Shown: one piece after another, positions 29,071-39,010 of the stretch
Position numbering within the stretch: position 1 is the stretch's first letter
Layout of the letters: each line of letters opens with the position of its first letter
Virus record (IMG/VR): IMGVR_UViG_3300036853_000446
Coordinates: 248,001 to 312,000 of that record
Length of the DNA stretch: 64,000 nt
Reading direction: 5' to 3' (one strand)
Made by a program: the position numbers and the translations under genes
The notes under the pieces: generated by a model
The model's database searches: none
Told to the model about the DNA's origin: nothing
The model's input: only the letters and a program-made list of their open reading frames with translations

Positions 29071-29075
29071 GTGTC

Positions 29076-29104
29076 GAGTACGGGTGAGGGTCAGGGTTTG
29101 ATCC
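29076..29104 (-). promoter_or_regulatory. class-1 ECF-like promoter
   Basis: GGATCAAA-N-CCCGTACTC, ATG 29070. Confidence 0.75.
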
Positions 29105-29420
29105 GTCCTGAGGCGGTGGCCAGGTACCCACCGATCTTCTTGCCGAAGTCCGTCAGCTGCCACGCCTTGTCGTGTTGTTTCGCGAGCCCGCGCCGCTCGA
29201 GGCGGGCCATGGTTGATTTCGACACGGTCCGGCTGGTGGCCACGTGGGGCTTGTCGTGACACGCAGCCAGGACCCTGCGCGCCGTCGACCCGAGCATGTC
29301 CGCTTCCTCTCGCAGGACGACGGGATCGGATTCGATGCTCGCGATCCAGGCCGACATGTCGTCGTCGGATAGGATTTCGGGCTCTAGGTCGAGTTCGTCG
29401 GGGGACAGGGGGCGGCTCAT
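29091..29420 (-). CDS. winged-HTH-like protein
   Basis: STMARLERRGLA...WQLTDFG. Confidence 0.6.
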   Translation of the reverse strand: MSRPLSPDELDLEPEILSDDDMSAWIASIESDPVVLREEADMLGSTARRVLAACHDKPHVATSRTVSKSTMARLERRGLAKQHDKAWQLTDFGKKIGGYLATASGRIKP

Positions 29421-29692
29421 CAGCTCTTCGACCCGCGAGTCTCCCGGTGAATGCGGGTGTGCTCGTTGCCCGTGCTCGTCGCGTTGCCGTTACAGGCGCG
29501 TTTGACCCGCTCGGCGAATTCCGTTGCGGACATCGCCCGGAACGATGCGACCAGGTCGGCCACCGTGGCACTACTGTCGATTTCGTCGACGATCATTTTG
29601 GCGTAGGCCGTCAGCTGCTCGTCCGAGAGATCGGACTCGAGGGCGAGCCGGCAGAAGGTGTCGAGACTGTCTTTTTTGATGGTCGTTGTCAT
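29420..29692 (-). CDS. hypothetical protein
   Basis: RBS GGAGG; class-1 variant upstream. Confidence 0.6.
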   Translation of the reverse strand: MTTTIKKDSLDTFCRLALESDLSDEQLTAYAKMIVDEIDSSATVADLVASFRAMSATEFAERVKRACNGNATSTGNEHTRIHRETRGSKS

Positions 29693-29705
29693 GGTGTTGT
29701 CCTCC

Positions 29706-29734
29706 GAGTACGAGCGACGCCTTCGGTTTGCTCC
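29706..29734 (-). promoter_or_regulatory. class-1 ECF-like promoter (variant GGAGCAAA)
   Basis: ...CTCGTACTC, ATG 29692. Confidence 0.6.
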
Positions 29735-29740
29735 GTGCGT

Positions 29741-30271
29741 TTAGCCCCAATGAATTTCCGTGGCGCCGGCCGCAACCGCGCTCCGGACGAATGACTCGAA
29801 ACGGTCGATGCGCTCGACCAGGCCCTCGACCGAGAGCCCTGCGGAGTGGCTGCGGATGGGCCGCATGGCGACCGTCCCGTCCTCCTGCACGCGCGGCCCG
29901 CCGTACGTGGTTTCCTCCGCCCGGACCAGGTTGCCCAGGTTCATGTTGCGGGCGCGTACGAGGGCCCGTCGAGCGTCGGCAACCGGGCACTGGCCGAAGT
30001 CCTGGGCCAGGCCAAGGGCTGCAAGCAGACGCCGGGCGTTGTCCAGGCACAGATCGAGATGGTGGGGCGACTCCACGGGCGTGTTCTCCACGCCCGTACC
30101 GCCACAGGACATGCAGCGCGGGTCGGCCTGCTTGGCGAGGTCTGCTCGGACCTCGATCGAGTCCTGCCCGCGCATCATGAGGATGAAGCCGTCGCCCATT
30201 TGGGCACAGAGGCAGGGGACCTCGACGGTCCCTTCGGGTGGCGGCAGATTGGTGGAAAACGTGATGCCCAT
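29741..30271 (-). CDS. hypothetical protein
   Basis: CMSCGGTG; start set by class-1 motif. Confidence 0.65.
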   Translation of the reverse strand: MGITFSTNLPPPEGTVEVPCLCAQMGDGFILMMRGQDSIEVRADLAKQADPRCMSCGGTGVENTPVESPHHLDLCLDNARRLLAALGLAQDFGQCPVADARRALVRARNMNLGNLVRAEETTYGGPRVQEDGTVAMRPIRSHSAGLSVEGLVERIDRFESFVRSAVAAGATEIHWG

Positions 30272-30281
30272 ATGACGCTGA

Positions 30282-30310
30282 GAGTACGGGCGAGCCTGGC
30301 TCTTTGATCC
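30282..30310 (-). promoter_or_regulatory. class-1 ECF-like promoter
   Basis: GGATCAAA-N-CCCGTACTC, ATG 30271. Confidence 0.75.
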
Positions 30311-30407
30311 GTGGGCCATCACTTTAGTGAGCGCCCATCGCGGGCTTTTACTTTATACTCGTAGGTGCAACGGCGCAGCCTTAAATGGACGCGGCCACTC
30401 AGTCGAC

Positions 30408-30437
30408 GGATCAATCCGACGGTGCCCACCCGTACTC
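30408..30437 (+). promoter_or_regulatory. class-1 ECF-like promoter
   Basis: GGATCAAT-N-CCCGTACTC, ATG 30443. Confidence 0.75.
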
Positions 30438-30442
30438 GATTC

Positions 30443-30730
30443 ATGGGAAGTTCGCGAAGCGTAAAGTACACCGTTGAAATGACCACCACCGACGTTACGG
30501 GGGGTAAAACCTACACCTGCACGCCCGCCGAGTGGCGCACGCGGACGCGCGGACGATTCGAAGGTCTCGGCAAGCCGACGACCGAGAACCTCGCGAAATA
30601 CGTCGCCGCCTTCGAGGCGTCGACCCAGGATAAGGGTTGCAACGCACACCTCGGAGTCCAGAAGGTCATCCAGGCCAGCATTCTCGACCAGGACACATGG
30701 GTTGTCGTCGCGACGTTCTCGAGCCATTGA
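30443..30730 (+). CDS. hypothetical protein
   Basis: GKPTTENLAKYV...GCNAHLG. Confidence 0.65.
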   Translation: MGSSRSVKYTVEMTTTDVTGGKTYTCTPAEWRTRTRGRFEGLGKPTTENLAKYVAAFEASTQDKGCNAHLGVQKVIQASILDQDTWVVVATFSSH

Positions 30731-30803
30731 GGGGCATGGCCAGCCAAGCTGGACGAGCTGGGCCGTTGGCGTCGAGACGTCTCGTCTTGCATGCACGAGT
30801 CAC

Positions 30804-30832
30804 GGATCAAAGCGCGACCGCTGTCCGTACTC
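30804..30832 (+). promoter_or_regulatory. class-1 ECF-like promoter
   Basis: GGATCAAA-N-TCCGTACTC, ATG 30838. Confidence 0.75.
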
Positions 30833-30837
30833 CCAGC

Positions 30838-31026
30838 ATGAAGACCATCGTTGTGAGAGACATTCAGGTCGGTATGGTGGTTGACTTGGGCGACAATTAC
30901 CCCGTCCGTGTCGACCGAATCAAGGTCAACAAGACCACGGTGCGCATCGAATACACGTTGGGCAATACGGGCCAGACGAGCGCACACGGTTTCAGAATCA
31001 ATCAAGTTTTGACGGTGGTGGGCTGA
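30838..31026 (+). CDS. 62-aa beta-rich (SH3/KOW-like) protein
   Basis: VRDIQVGMVVDLGDNYPVRVDRI. Confidence 0.6.
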   Translation: MKTIVVRDIQVGMVVDLGDNYPVRVDRIKVNKTTVRIEYTLGNTGQTSAHGFRINQVLTVVG

Positions 31027-31027
31027 A

Positions 31028-31393
31028 ATGACGACGACACTGACAGAGAATGAAACCGCGCTGCGTGCGGCGGTCACGGAGCATTACCTCGAGACGAACA
31101 AACCGGTGGACGCCGCGCAGCTTGCCGAGCGCCTCGGATGGGCCCCTGCAAAGATTCGCCGCATCATGGCCGATGGCCTCGCGGGCGTGTCCTCCGAGAC
31201 CGAGATGCGAGCGAGCTACTCCAAAAACTATCGCGGGTTCCAGAGCGGCGCGCACAAGGTTGCGGTCTACTACCCCACGATCAGCCACCTCCGCACCCTG
31301 GTGCTCGAGGCACGCAAGCCCTCACCGGTCGCCGAAGGCACCGCGTTTGCGCCCGATGGCACCATCCGCCGCGTCACGATCCCGAGTCGATAG
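31028..31393 (+). CDS. HTH protein (HrcA/LexA-like N-terminus)
   Basis: LRAAVTEHYLETNKPVDAAQLAERLGWAPAKIRRIM. Confidence 0.65.
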   Translation: MTTTLTENETALRAAVTEHYLETNKPVDAAQLAERLGWAPAKIRRIMADGLAGVSSETEMRASYSKNYRGFQSGAHKVAVYYPTISHLRTLVLEARKPSPVAEGTAFAPDGTIRRVTIPSR

Positions 31394-31499
31394 ACGATGA
31401 ACGTCGCGACCATCTCATCGACAATGCGCGCCGGCTGGGACACGAGTCTCAGACGACAGACGTTGGCCACCATTGCCTCGTAATCTTGCCGGGAGCCTC

Positions 31500-31528
31500 G
31501 GATCAAACGGCTTCCGTCACCCGTATTC
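31500..31528 (+). promoter_or_regulatory. class-1 ECF-like promoter
   Basis: GGATCAAA-N-CCCGTATTC, ATG 31539. Confidence 0.75.
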
Positions 31529-31538
31529 TGGATGAATC

Positions 31539-32189
31539 ATGAAGAAGGAGATTTCCGACGAGCAGCTCTATACGACGATAGAGGGTATCAAGAAGCAGCT
31601 GGCCAAGCCACTCTCGAAGCTAGGCAAGGTCAGCCTGCAGAAGGGTACGAGCCTGGACCGAGCCATCAGGGTGAGGACTCCCCTGGGTTCGCATCTCAAT
31701 GTCGTCGTCCGCCACGAACACAGTGGTGGCTTCTCCTGTAAGCCGACCGGGCTGTACGCCGTCCTGGTACAAGAGGTGCGAACGGCCGACTCCAGAATCA
31801 AATATCGCGCTCGTGACTTCACGGGGCTCGCCCCCAAGCTGACCGAGAAGCAGGTCACGGACATCGTTGCCTGCGTGCAGAAGCATCTGGTTGCACAGAA
31901 CGAGCGGACTCGCGACGTAGATGCTCGAATCGCCGAGTCCGAGCACTCCGAGAAGGAGAAGGCGGCACGTGAAGCTGGTCTGCGCGCCACTCTCGAACGT
32001 CATGGTATCAAAGCAGGCGAGCTGAGCATCTACTGCGAGGGAGCGACTTTTAATGTGCGGCTCCGGCTCGAGGAAGACGAACTCGAGCAATTTCTGAAGT
32101 TCTGGAAGACGCGCGACCGCGGGTCACCAGTCCCCCAGGGAAGGCGTCGAGCGGAATTACCTTCTCGGGCCAAAAAGGCAACCAAATGA
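31539..32189 (+). CDS. hypothetical protein
   Basis: ATGA-coupled to the GHKL gene. Confidence 0.65.
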   Translation: MKKEISDEQLYTTIEGIKKQLAKPLSKLGKVSLQKGTSLDRAIRVRTPLGSHLNVVVRHEHSGGFSCKPTGLYAVLVQEVRTADSRIKYRARDFTGLAPKLTEKQVTDIVACVQKHLVAQNERTRDVDARIAESEHSEKEKAAREAGLRATLERHGIKAGELSIYCEGATFNVRLRLEEDELEQFLKFWKTRDRGSPVPQGRRRAELPSRAKKATK

Positions 32190-33649
32190 CTGAACCCGCC
32201 ATCATCGTCGACCGCCGTGGTCTTGCCAGTAAACTCGCAAACCGCCCTCGTGCATTCATCCTGAACGAGCTGCTGCAGAACGCCTGGGACGAGAACGTCA
32301 CGACGGTCCGCGCGACCGTCGAGCCCCTCCCGGGCAAGGCCCAGTGCCGGATCACGGTCGAGGACGACAGCCCCGAGGGTTTCTCCGACCTGACGAGCGT
32401 CTACACGATGTTCAAGCATTCGAAGAAAGCTCCCGACCCGACGAAGCGCGGCCGCTTCGAGATGGGTGAGAAGCTCGTGATCGCCCTGGCGCTCAGCGCT
32501 GAGGTCACATCGACCAAGGGCACGGTCATTTTTGACGAGGACGGTCGGCGCACGTCACGGGCGACACGCAAGGCGGGAACGGTCTTCACGGGCGTTTTCC
32601 GCATGACTCGCGAGCAATACATCGAGCTGATCGCTTCGGCAAAGATGTTGATCCCCCCGCCCGGCATCAAAACCTATCTTGACGGCGACCTGCTCCCGCC
32701 ACGAGAGGTTCTTCATTCTTTCGAGGCGACCCTACAGACGATCCGAGCGGACGCGGACGGCAATCTGGCGCCGACGCAGCGCAAGACGGCCGTCAACGTC
32801 TACGAGGTCCTCGAGGGCGAGACGGCGCACATCTACGAGATGGGCATCCCCGTCGTCGAGACCGGCGACCGCTGGCACTACGACGTCGAGCAGCGCGTCC
32901 CCGTCAATTGGGAACGCAACAACGTGCCGCCGGCATTCCTCAGGACGTTGCGCGTGGAGGTCCTCAACGCCATGCACTCGCGCCTCTCGGAAGACGAGTC
33001 TACCGCGGCCTGGGTGACCGAAGCGGCCGCCGACGGTCGCTGCGCGCCCGAGGCCATCACCACGGTCGTTCACCGCCGCTTCGGCGACAAGGTCGTGATC
33101 CACGACCCCTCCGACCCCGAGGGGACGAAGATTGCCGTCAGCCAAGGCTACACGGTCATCCCCGGCGGGGCCTTCTCGAAGGGCGCATGGGAGAACGTCA
33201 AGACATCCGGCGCCGCCCTCCCCGCGGGGCAGGTGACGCCGAGCCCCAAGCCTTACGATGAGAACGGACGGCCCGAGAACGTCATCCCGCCCTCAAAGTG
33301 GACCCCGGATATGTCGAGAATTGCGGCCTTTGCAGAGCACATCTTTTTAAGGCTCACCGGCAAGACCTGTCGCACGACGATCGTCAGGGAGCTGCAGGCG
33401 TCGTGGGCCGCCAATTTCGGGCCCACCGATGACGGGGGCTTTCGCCTTTGCCTAAATTACGGCCGGCTCGGCAAGAAGTGGTTTGCCCTGGCGAAACGTG
33501 ACGAGCGCGTGCTCGACTTGCTGCTCCACGAGTTCGTTCACTACGAGGTGAATGATCATCTGTCCAACGAGATGCACGAAGCGGCGACGAAGCTCGGCGC
33601 GCGTCTCGTGGGAATTGCCCTCGACGAACCCAATCTTTTCAACGACTGA
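32186..33649 (+). CDS. GHKL ATPase with C-terminal HExxH domain
   Basis: ELLQNAWD (N box), EDDSPEG (G1), RGRFEMGEK (G2), GT; LLHEFVH. Confidence 0.85.
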   Translation: MTEPAIIVDRRGLASKLANRPRAFILNELLQNAWDENVTTVRATVEPLPGKAQCRITVEDDSPEGFSDLTSVYTMFKHSKKAPDPTKRGRFEMGEKLVIALALSAEVTSTKGTVIFDEDGRRTSRATRKAGTVFTGVFRMTREQYIELIASAKMLIPPPGIKTYLDGDLLPPREVLHSFEATLQTIRADADGNLAPTQRKTAVNVYEVLEGETAHIYEMGIPVVETGDRWHYDVEQRVPVNWERNNVPPAFLRTLRVEVLNAMHSRLSEDESTAAWVTEAAADGRCAPEAITTVVHRRFGDKVVIHDPSDPEGTKIAVSQGYTVIPGGAFSKGAWENVKTSGAALPAGQVTPSPKPYDENGRPENVIPPSKWTPDMSRIAAFAEHIFLRLTGKTCRTTIVRELQASWAANFGPTDDGGFRLCLNYGRLGKKWFALAKRDERVLDLLLHEFVHYEVNDHLSNEMHEAATKLGARLVGIALDEPNLFND

Positions 33650-33661
33650 GAACGGTATCAA

Positions 33662-34036
33662 ATGAAGATGGAATTGACGAACGAGACGGGCTTCCGAGAT
33701 GATCTGATCCGCGCACTCATATACAGGGTCCTGGTCGTCATAGGCTACCGCCTGAAGGCCCACTCCCTTGAAGTCGAAGTTGTCCACAGCCGCAGTCATG
33801 GCGTGAGCGGTCGCGCCCGCGTTGGTACGAACCGAATCAAGCTCTACGTACCGAAGCCTCGCGCCTGGCGAAACGACACGTGGCGGCTAATCGTCGCCAC
33901 GGTTTTTCATGAGTGCCTGCACCTGGTGGGCGTCCGAGACGACGACATGATCGACGAGGTGCTGCGCGCCAACTTCCCGTTGCAAGCTTGGGCGAGAGAC
34001 TTGCAGCCCTTCTGTCGCGTCGCCCATCGGGTTTGA
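33662..34036 (+). CDS. small HExxH zincin-like protein
   Basis: VFHECLHLVG. Confidence 0.65.
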   Translation: MKMELTNETGFRDDLIRALIYRVLVVIGYRLKAHSLEVEVVHSRSHGVSGRARVGTNRIKLYVPKPRAWRNDTWRLIVATVFHECLHLVGVRDDDMIDEVLRANFPLQAWARDLQPFCRVAHRV

Positions 34037-34079
34037 CCCCACGAAACGCTCGAAGGAAAAGGCCGCTGAACGAAGTTCC

Positions 34080-34086
34080 CGGTGTA
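34080..34086 (+). promoter_or_regulatory. class-2 motif CGGTGTA
   Basis: 10 nt before GTG 34097. Confidence 0.55.
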
Positions 34087-34096
34087 ACGACGAGGG

Positions 34097-35092
34097 GTGA
34101 AACGGCGCCTCAAGGAAATCACCCCGAATATCCACAACGAAAAGCTGTTTGACTCGACGGACGAGAGCCTGGCTGAGCTGGGGCGCGACATCGAGCGGAA
34201 CGGGCTGCGGTGCCCGATCCGCATCACGAAAGTTGGTGCGGTCATCATCGATGGTGAGCGTCGGTGGCGTGTCTGCAAAAAACTCGGCTGGACCCTCATC
34301 GATGTCGTGGAGGAAGACGTCCACCGGAACGAAATTCTCGGTCTCCTCATCGACACCGTTTCACAGCAGCGGCACATGACGTTGATCGAGCAGGCCCGCG
34401 TTTACGCGACGTATTACAACCACCTAAAGAGAGCGCACCGGAAGGGCGATCTCAACCACATCGCGGCCAAGCAGATCGCACTCGAGAAAGCGCGACTGCC
34501 TTTCCGATCGGTGGCTCTCGCCGATCAACTCGTGCAAGTCGTCGACCGAGGCCACCCCGACCTGCATGAGAAATTGCTCCGCGGGGAGATGAGCATCACT
34601 GGGGCCTACGAGGCCATCCTGCGACGCTTGTATAAGCCCATGAAATACGAGCTACTCCCCCGCCCCGAGCGTACCCTCGAACAGCTCGCTCGAGCCAAGC
34701 GGCATGAAGACGAACGGCTCGAAAGGCAGGAAGAGCTGGAATTTACCCAGACTTACATTGATGCCCATCTGGATGACCTCGAATCGGTGGAGGCGCAACG
34801 AAGGCTGCTCGGACTGTTCGAGCCCGATCCGCCTCCCGCGGCGCTGAAATACCGAGACAACCCCGAGAGCCAAGTCATCGCAGAGGCCTTTGAGTCCCTG
34901 GCTGTGAAGGAGCCCCCCGAGCTGCTCGTTGGGCGCCTCACGATGTTCATCGAAGAGATCGCGGCGAGCGTCCAAGGCGTCGATGAGTCGCGCGCGCGGG
35001 ACATCGTTCGAGACGTGGTCAAGCCGATGGTCCTTCGTCTCGCGCAAGCCTTCCCGCGCCAGGAGTTCGAAGTCCCCGTCAATCGGGAATGA
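34097..35092 (+). CDS. ParB N-terminal domain protein
   Basis: LAELGRDIERNGLRCPI...IIDGERRWR. Confidence 0.85.
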   Translation: MKRRLKEITPNIHNEKLFDSTDESLAELGRDIERNGLRCPIRITKVGAVIIDGERRWRVCKKLGWTLIDVVEEDVHRNEILGLLIDTVSQQRHMTLIEQARVYATYYNHLKRAHRKGDLNHIAAKQIALEKARLPFRSVALADQLVQVVDRGHPDLHEKLLRGEMSITGAYEAILRRLYKPMKYELLPRPERTLEQLARAKRHEDERLERQEELEFTQTYIDAHLDDLESVEAQRRLLGLFEPDPPPAALKYRDNPESQVIAEAFESLAVKEPPELLVGRLTMFIEEIAASVQGVDESRARDIVRDVVKPMVLRLAQAFPRQEFEVPVNRE

Positions 35093-35123
35093 ATTCCTCG
35101 AACCGTTCGAACCCTTCGAGGGT

Positions 35124-35771
35124 TTACGGGGCTACGTAGCTTGCCAGAACGACGATCTTGCTTTGAACTTCGAAGCACTCATGACGGAAATAGCAATCGA
35201 GGCGGCCGTCTTTGATGAAGTAGATCTCGTCGTAATCGGGATCGGGGTTTTGCTCGACGCGCTCGAGCAGATACTCCGTGAGCCCCAGGCGATCGCGCCA
35301 GAGTTGGGCCTCCTCTTCGGCTTGGACTCGTGAACGCCCCTGCAGCGTGAGCATGGGGCCGTCCGCCGTCACGAGCTGTCTGCGAATCAGGGCATCGCCC
35401 ACAATCTTGCCGACGTTATACCTGCCTTCGGACTTGATGATCCCGTAGTGGTAGAGAACGTTGCCCCAGTCGCACTGGTCTTGCACCTCCAGTTCGGCGA
35501 TGATCTCCAACATGCACACCTGGTGGTGAGTGAGATCGGGCTTGGGGTGCAGCTCGGGCAAGGCTTCGATCGAAAGCGTATCGAGCAACTTTTGAACGGC
35601 TTCCGTGATCTCGCTTTTGGGAACGACCTTGAAAGCGCGGTCGGAGAGAAGTTGCTCGATCGTAACGGTTTCAGGGTCGAGATGCGTGGGCATCTCGACC
35701 ACGCCGTAGCGTGTGATCACCCGCTTCTTGTCGAAGGCCTGAACCCATCGGTTGCGACGCCGACGACTCAT
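35124..35771 (-). CDS. hypothetical protein
   Basis: ATGA-coupled to upstream gene. Confidence 0.6.
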   Translation of the reverse strand: MSRRRRNRWVQAFDKKRVITRYGVVEMPTHLDPETVTIEQLLSDRAFKVVPKSEITEAVQKLLDTLSIEALPELHPKPDLTHHQVCMLEIIAELEVQDQCDWGNVLYHYGIIKSEGRYNVGKIVGDALIRRQLVTADGPMLTLQGRSRVQAEEEAQLWRDRLGLTEYLLERVEQNPDPDYDEIYFIKDGRLDCYFRHECFEVQSKIVVLASYVAP

Positions 35772-36331
35772 GGCTCGGAAGTCGGTCGGGAGCCCTTCGG
35801 GAGCGACTCGATCAATTCGCCGCCCAGAATGACCTCGTCCGCCGTCGGGAGCGACTCGTCGTAGGCGTGCTGCTCCGCGGATGGTGTGATCCCGAGCGCC
35901 CGAGCCACTCCGACCTCGAGTTTAAAGCCGCTCTCGGAACGTCGAGGCTCCTCGGGGCCAAACCCCGGAGTGTGCGGCGGCCACTGCCCGCTCTGAAAGC
36001 TCTGCAAGTGTCGCAGCGGCAGTCGGTTGCCTTCGAATGTCGGAATGCCTTCGTTATGACAGCGCTCGAGGGCTCTCAACATCCCGGTCGACATGCCGAG
36101 ATCCATGAAGAAATAGTGAGTAACGTCGGGTAGCCAGAACCAGGGCATCCCTATGCCGGCGTCCCTATCCGCCGCGATTCGATCGTCCATGAACCACGGT
36201 GCTACCAAATGACTCGCGAGGGGCGAGTAGCCACACTCGTGCATGTGGCGGCAACACCAGGTGGCGTAGCGGCGGTTGGTAGCAAAATCCCCGTTGAGCG
36301 GGCTTTCGATGATGATACGTTGATGCTCCAT
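35768..36331 (-). CDS. nucleoside-deoxyribosyltransferase-fold-like phage protein
   Basis: IIESPLNGD...NRRYA...SPLASHL...DLGMSTGM. Confidence 0.6.
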   Translation of the reverse strand: MEHQRIIIESPLNGDFATNRRYATWCCRHMHECGYSPLASHLVAPWFMDDRIAADRDAGIGMPWFWLPDVTHYFFMDLGMSTGMLRALERCHNEGIPTFEGNRLPLRHLQSFQSGQWPPHTPGFGPEEPRRSESGFKLEVGVARALGITPSAEQHAYDESLPTADEVILGGELIESLPKGSRPTSEP

Positions 36332-36341
36332 CGTGAGCATC

Positions 36342-36348
36342 TACACCG
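36342..36348 (-). promoter_or_regulatory. class-2 motif CGGTGTA
   Basis: 10 nt before ATG 36331. Confidence 0.55.
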
Positions 36349-36508
36349 GTCACGGCGATACGCTCGCTCGCTCGAATTTGTGCAGAATAAGCCATGAGCC
36401 GAGGATGCTCTAGTGGTGCGGACGGAAACGAAATGATCATCAATTCCCCCAGATGTCATTGTTCACTCGCCGCTTCCCTCTCCCATGGCCTTTCCCGCAT
36501 GTGCGGTC

Positions 36509-36991
36509 TCAGGCGACCGCCGCGAACGACAAATTCCAAATCACCCTGTTGAAGAAACGAAGATATTCAACCATCTGTCGCGCCGTCACCAGGCGGAGGT
36601 CTTTGACCTTCCAATCGGCTGCGTAGAACGAGAGATTCTCGGCGGCTCTATCCCCATACGCAGCAGCCCAAATTTCCCTCGCCTTGGCGGGAATCATCAC
36701 AACCTCCGGGTCGTCGATACCCGTCCGCTTGCATTCATCGTCAATCCACCGCTGCGCAGGCGGTGCCACATTCTCTCCCAGACCGATCGCAACGCCACGA
36801 CGGTTGTGTCGCACGGGCACCATGGCTGCGGCGAGAATCAACCCTGCCAAGCAGAATGTCCGACGCGGCACTCCTCTTGTTTTCCTCTTACCTGACGAAC
36901 GTCTCACCTCTGAGAACTCCGACATGCCTAAGACGTCAGGCTCCCGTTTTAACCGCTCAATGATTCTGTCTTGTAACTCTCGTTGGTCCAT
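36509..36991 (-). CDS. hypothetical protein
   Basis: RBS GGAGG upstream. Confidence 0.55.
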   Translation of the reverse strand: MDQRELQDRIIERLKREPDVLGMSEFSEVRRSSGKRKTRGVPRRTFCLAGLILAAAMVPVRHNRRGVAIGLGENVAPPAQRWIDDECKRTGIDDPEVVMIPAKAREIWAAAYGDRAAENLSFYAADWKVKDLRLVTARQMVEYLRFFNRVIWNLSFAAVA

Positions 36992-37880
36992 TTTTACCTA
37001 TTGCCTCCTTCGGTCGCCTTAAATTGGGCTCGCGTTGACTTCAACGCAGCCTCGAGAACGACGGAACCCATTCGTCGAGGTCGCATTGCGCGCGAAGAGC
37101 CACGCGCTCGACACGCTTTTTGAAGTCCCTGAACCCTCGCGCCATCGGATGGCGTCTTTGAGTCCCCCTAGTGCCCACCCCGCTCTTTGGGAGAATTTTG
37201 CCCCCAAATGTGGCCATCGTGGGCCGTTATGAGTTGATAGAGTACCCGGGTGTTCTAGTCGGCGTCTACCGGATCGCCATGGGGTGTGACAGTTTAGTGA
37301 GCAACATGCCTACACACCTCCTGAACTCTAGCTTTCACTTTGGGTTTGAACGGGTCCCTCCCTTTGTCTTTACTTGGGTTTGTCCCATTTGTTTGAGGTT
37401 AGGTGATCCAGTGAGTCCACCTGGAGGTCAGGAGCGAGATGACACATGACAGATGTGGCAAACGGGTAACCACTAACATCGCGCCGCTGTCATCGACCAT
37501 TACAGACGATTTCAAAAGGTGAGCAATTCTGAGCGTTTGTGGGAGACTACCCCATATCAGCACACAGGCGCGCTAGAGCAATTCTATAACTGCTCATGCA
37601 GCAAGCCGAACACGTTGACGGCGCAGTACCGCCAAGAGCCCTTTCGGGCACGGTTTATAGAATGGGTCTGGCGGGAGCCACCATCAACCTGGCGGGAGCC
37701 CGTGGGCCCTTGCAGTGGTTGGCGTTGCCCCAACCTCGTCGTTCACGTTGCAGCACGGTCGACGGTTCGGGGCCGAAAAGCACGCCCGCGGATGCGGACG
37801 GCTAGTTGCCAAGGGCGCTCTCGAATTTTAGTTGGCTGGTAAAGGCCCCGAGGGGAAGGAGGCGGCCTCCCCTCACAAAG

Positions 37881-38363
37881 TCATTCGCCAGACGTGGTCG
37901 AAGGCGCGGTGGAGGCTGGGGACGGTGCAGTGCCGCCCATCACTGCAGACGGAGTCACAACCGTCCTCCGTCTAACGGTCGGGGCTGGCTCGTCGGAATT
38001 GACCCCACAGACCACCCTCAAGTTCTCCCAGATCTTTTCGGCCTCGATGAAGCCGATTTTCACGACGGCTGTCCGAAACTGCTCCGCATATAGCGAGGCC
38101 TCATTTGAGGTCGAGGGGCGACCACTCTTTACGGCTCGCGGCACCTTCCCGCTCTTGGTCGCCTGCTTCCTGTCCGTCGCTCTAATGTTGTAGACGTGGT
38201 TCTCGGATAACGCGAGCCCTTGCTTCTTGGCGAGGGCCACGACCTCCGACGCTGGCACATCGACGGCGACAGACCGCACGAAGGCTGATTTAGCACCAAA
38301 CTCGACTTTGGGAGCTTTGCTGGCTTTGCCGGTTTTGCTGGTGCGTTTGGTTGATTTAGGCAT
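37881..38363 (-). CDS. small basic DNA-binding-like protein, paralog of 45158-45478
   Basis: GAKSAFVRS...AKKQGLALSENHVYNIRA. Confidence 0.7.
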   Translation of the reverse strand: MPKSTKRTSKTGKASKAPKVEFGAKSAFVRSVAVDVPASEVVALAKKQGLALSENHVYNIRATDRKQATKSGKVPRAVKSGRPSTSNEASLYAEQFRTAVVKIGFIEAEKIWENLRVVCGVNSDEPAPTVRRRTVVTPSAVMGGTAPSPASTAPSTTSGE

Positions 38364-38707
38364 AAAACTCTTTCGAGGAAGTTGACATCGTTGGATTGTT
38401 ACAACGGCTTTGTGGCGGCTATAATAGCAGCTCGTGATGTTTGTGAGTGCATTTAGGGCAGATAACCCGCCCGGGATGGCACCTAGGCAGCTCCAATGGC
38501 CGAGATGTCTCACACACCCGTCGTGTGGCCAAGCATAACACACAAAAGAACCCAACGCGCGGTAAACCGCTCAAAGTACTCAGAACGTCCTGTAGGTTTG
38601 AACGCCCAATACCTGTCGAATGAGGTTACCGAGGCACACATCTTCGGCGAAGTCCTCTTTAGGGCCCGAATGGTTCGTCGAGTGCGTCGGCCAATACACG
38701 AAAGGAT

Positions 38708-39010
38708 TCAAATCTTCTTGGGTCGCCCCCGCCCCAGCCTGCTCTTGCGCGGCGCCTTGGGCGGCATCAACAGCTCGACCACGGGAACCCCGAGGGCATT
38801 GGCGAGTCTCACCATGGAGGCAAGGTTGAGGTTCTGCAGGCCTCTCTCGACATGAGAAATCCACTGAACCGTAGCCGGAACGGCACTGGCCAGTTCTTGT
38901 TGAATCCACCCCCTTTCGCGACGAATTTCGCAGACCTTCTGCCCCACTCGCTTGGCGACCTCGTCAACCTTCTCGGACACTCGCAACGGTGACCGTAGAC
39001 GGCTATCCAA
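38708..39010 (-). CDS. XRE-family HTH regulator
   Basis: IRRERGWIQQELA...WISHVERGLQNLNLASMVRLANALGV. Confidence 0.85.
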   Translation of the reverse strand: MDSRLRSPLRVSEKVDEVAKRVGQKVCEIRRERGWIQQELASAVPATVQWISHVERGLQNLNLASMVRLANALGVPVVELLMPPKAPRKSRLGRGRPKKI

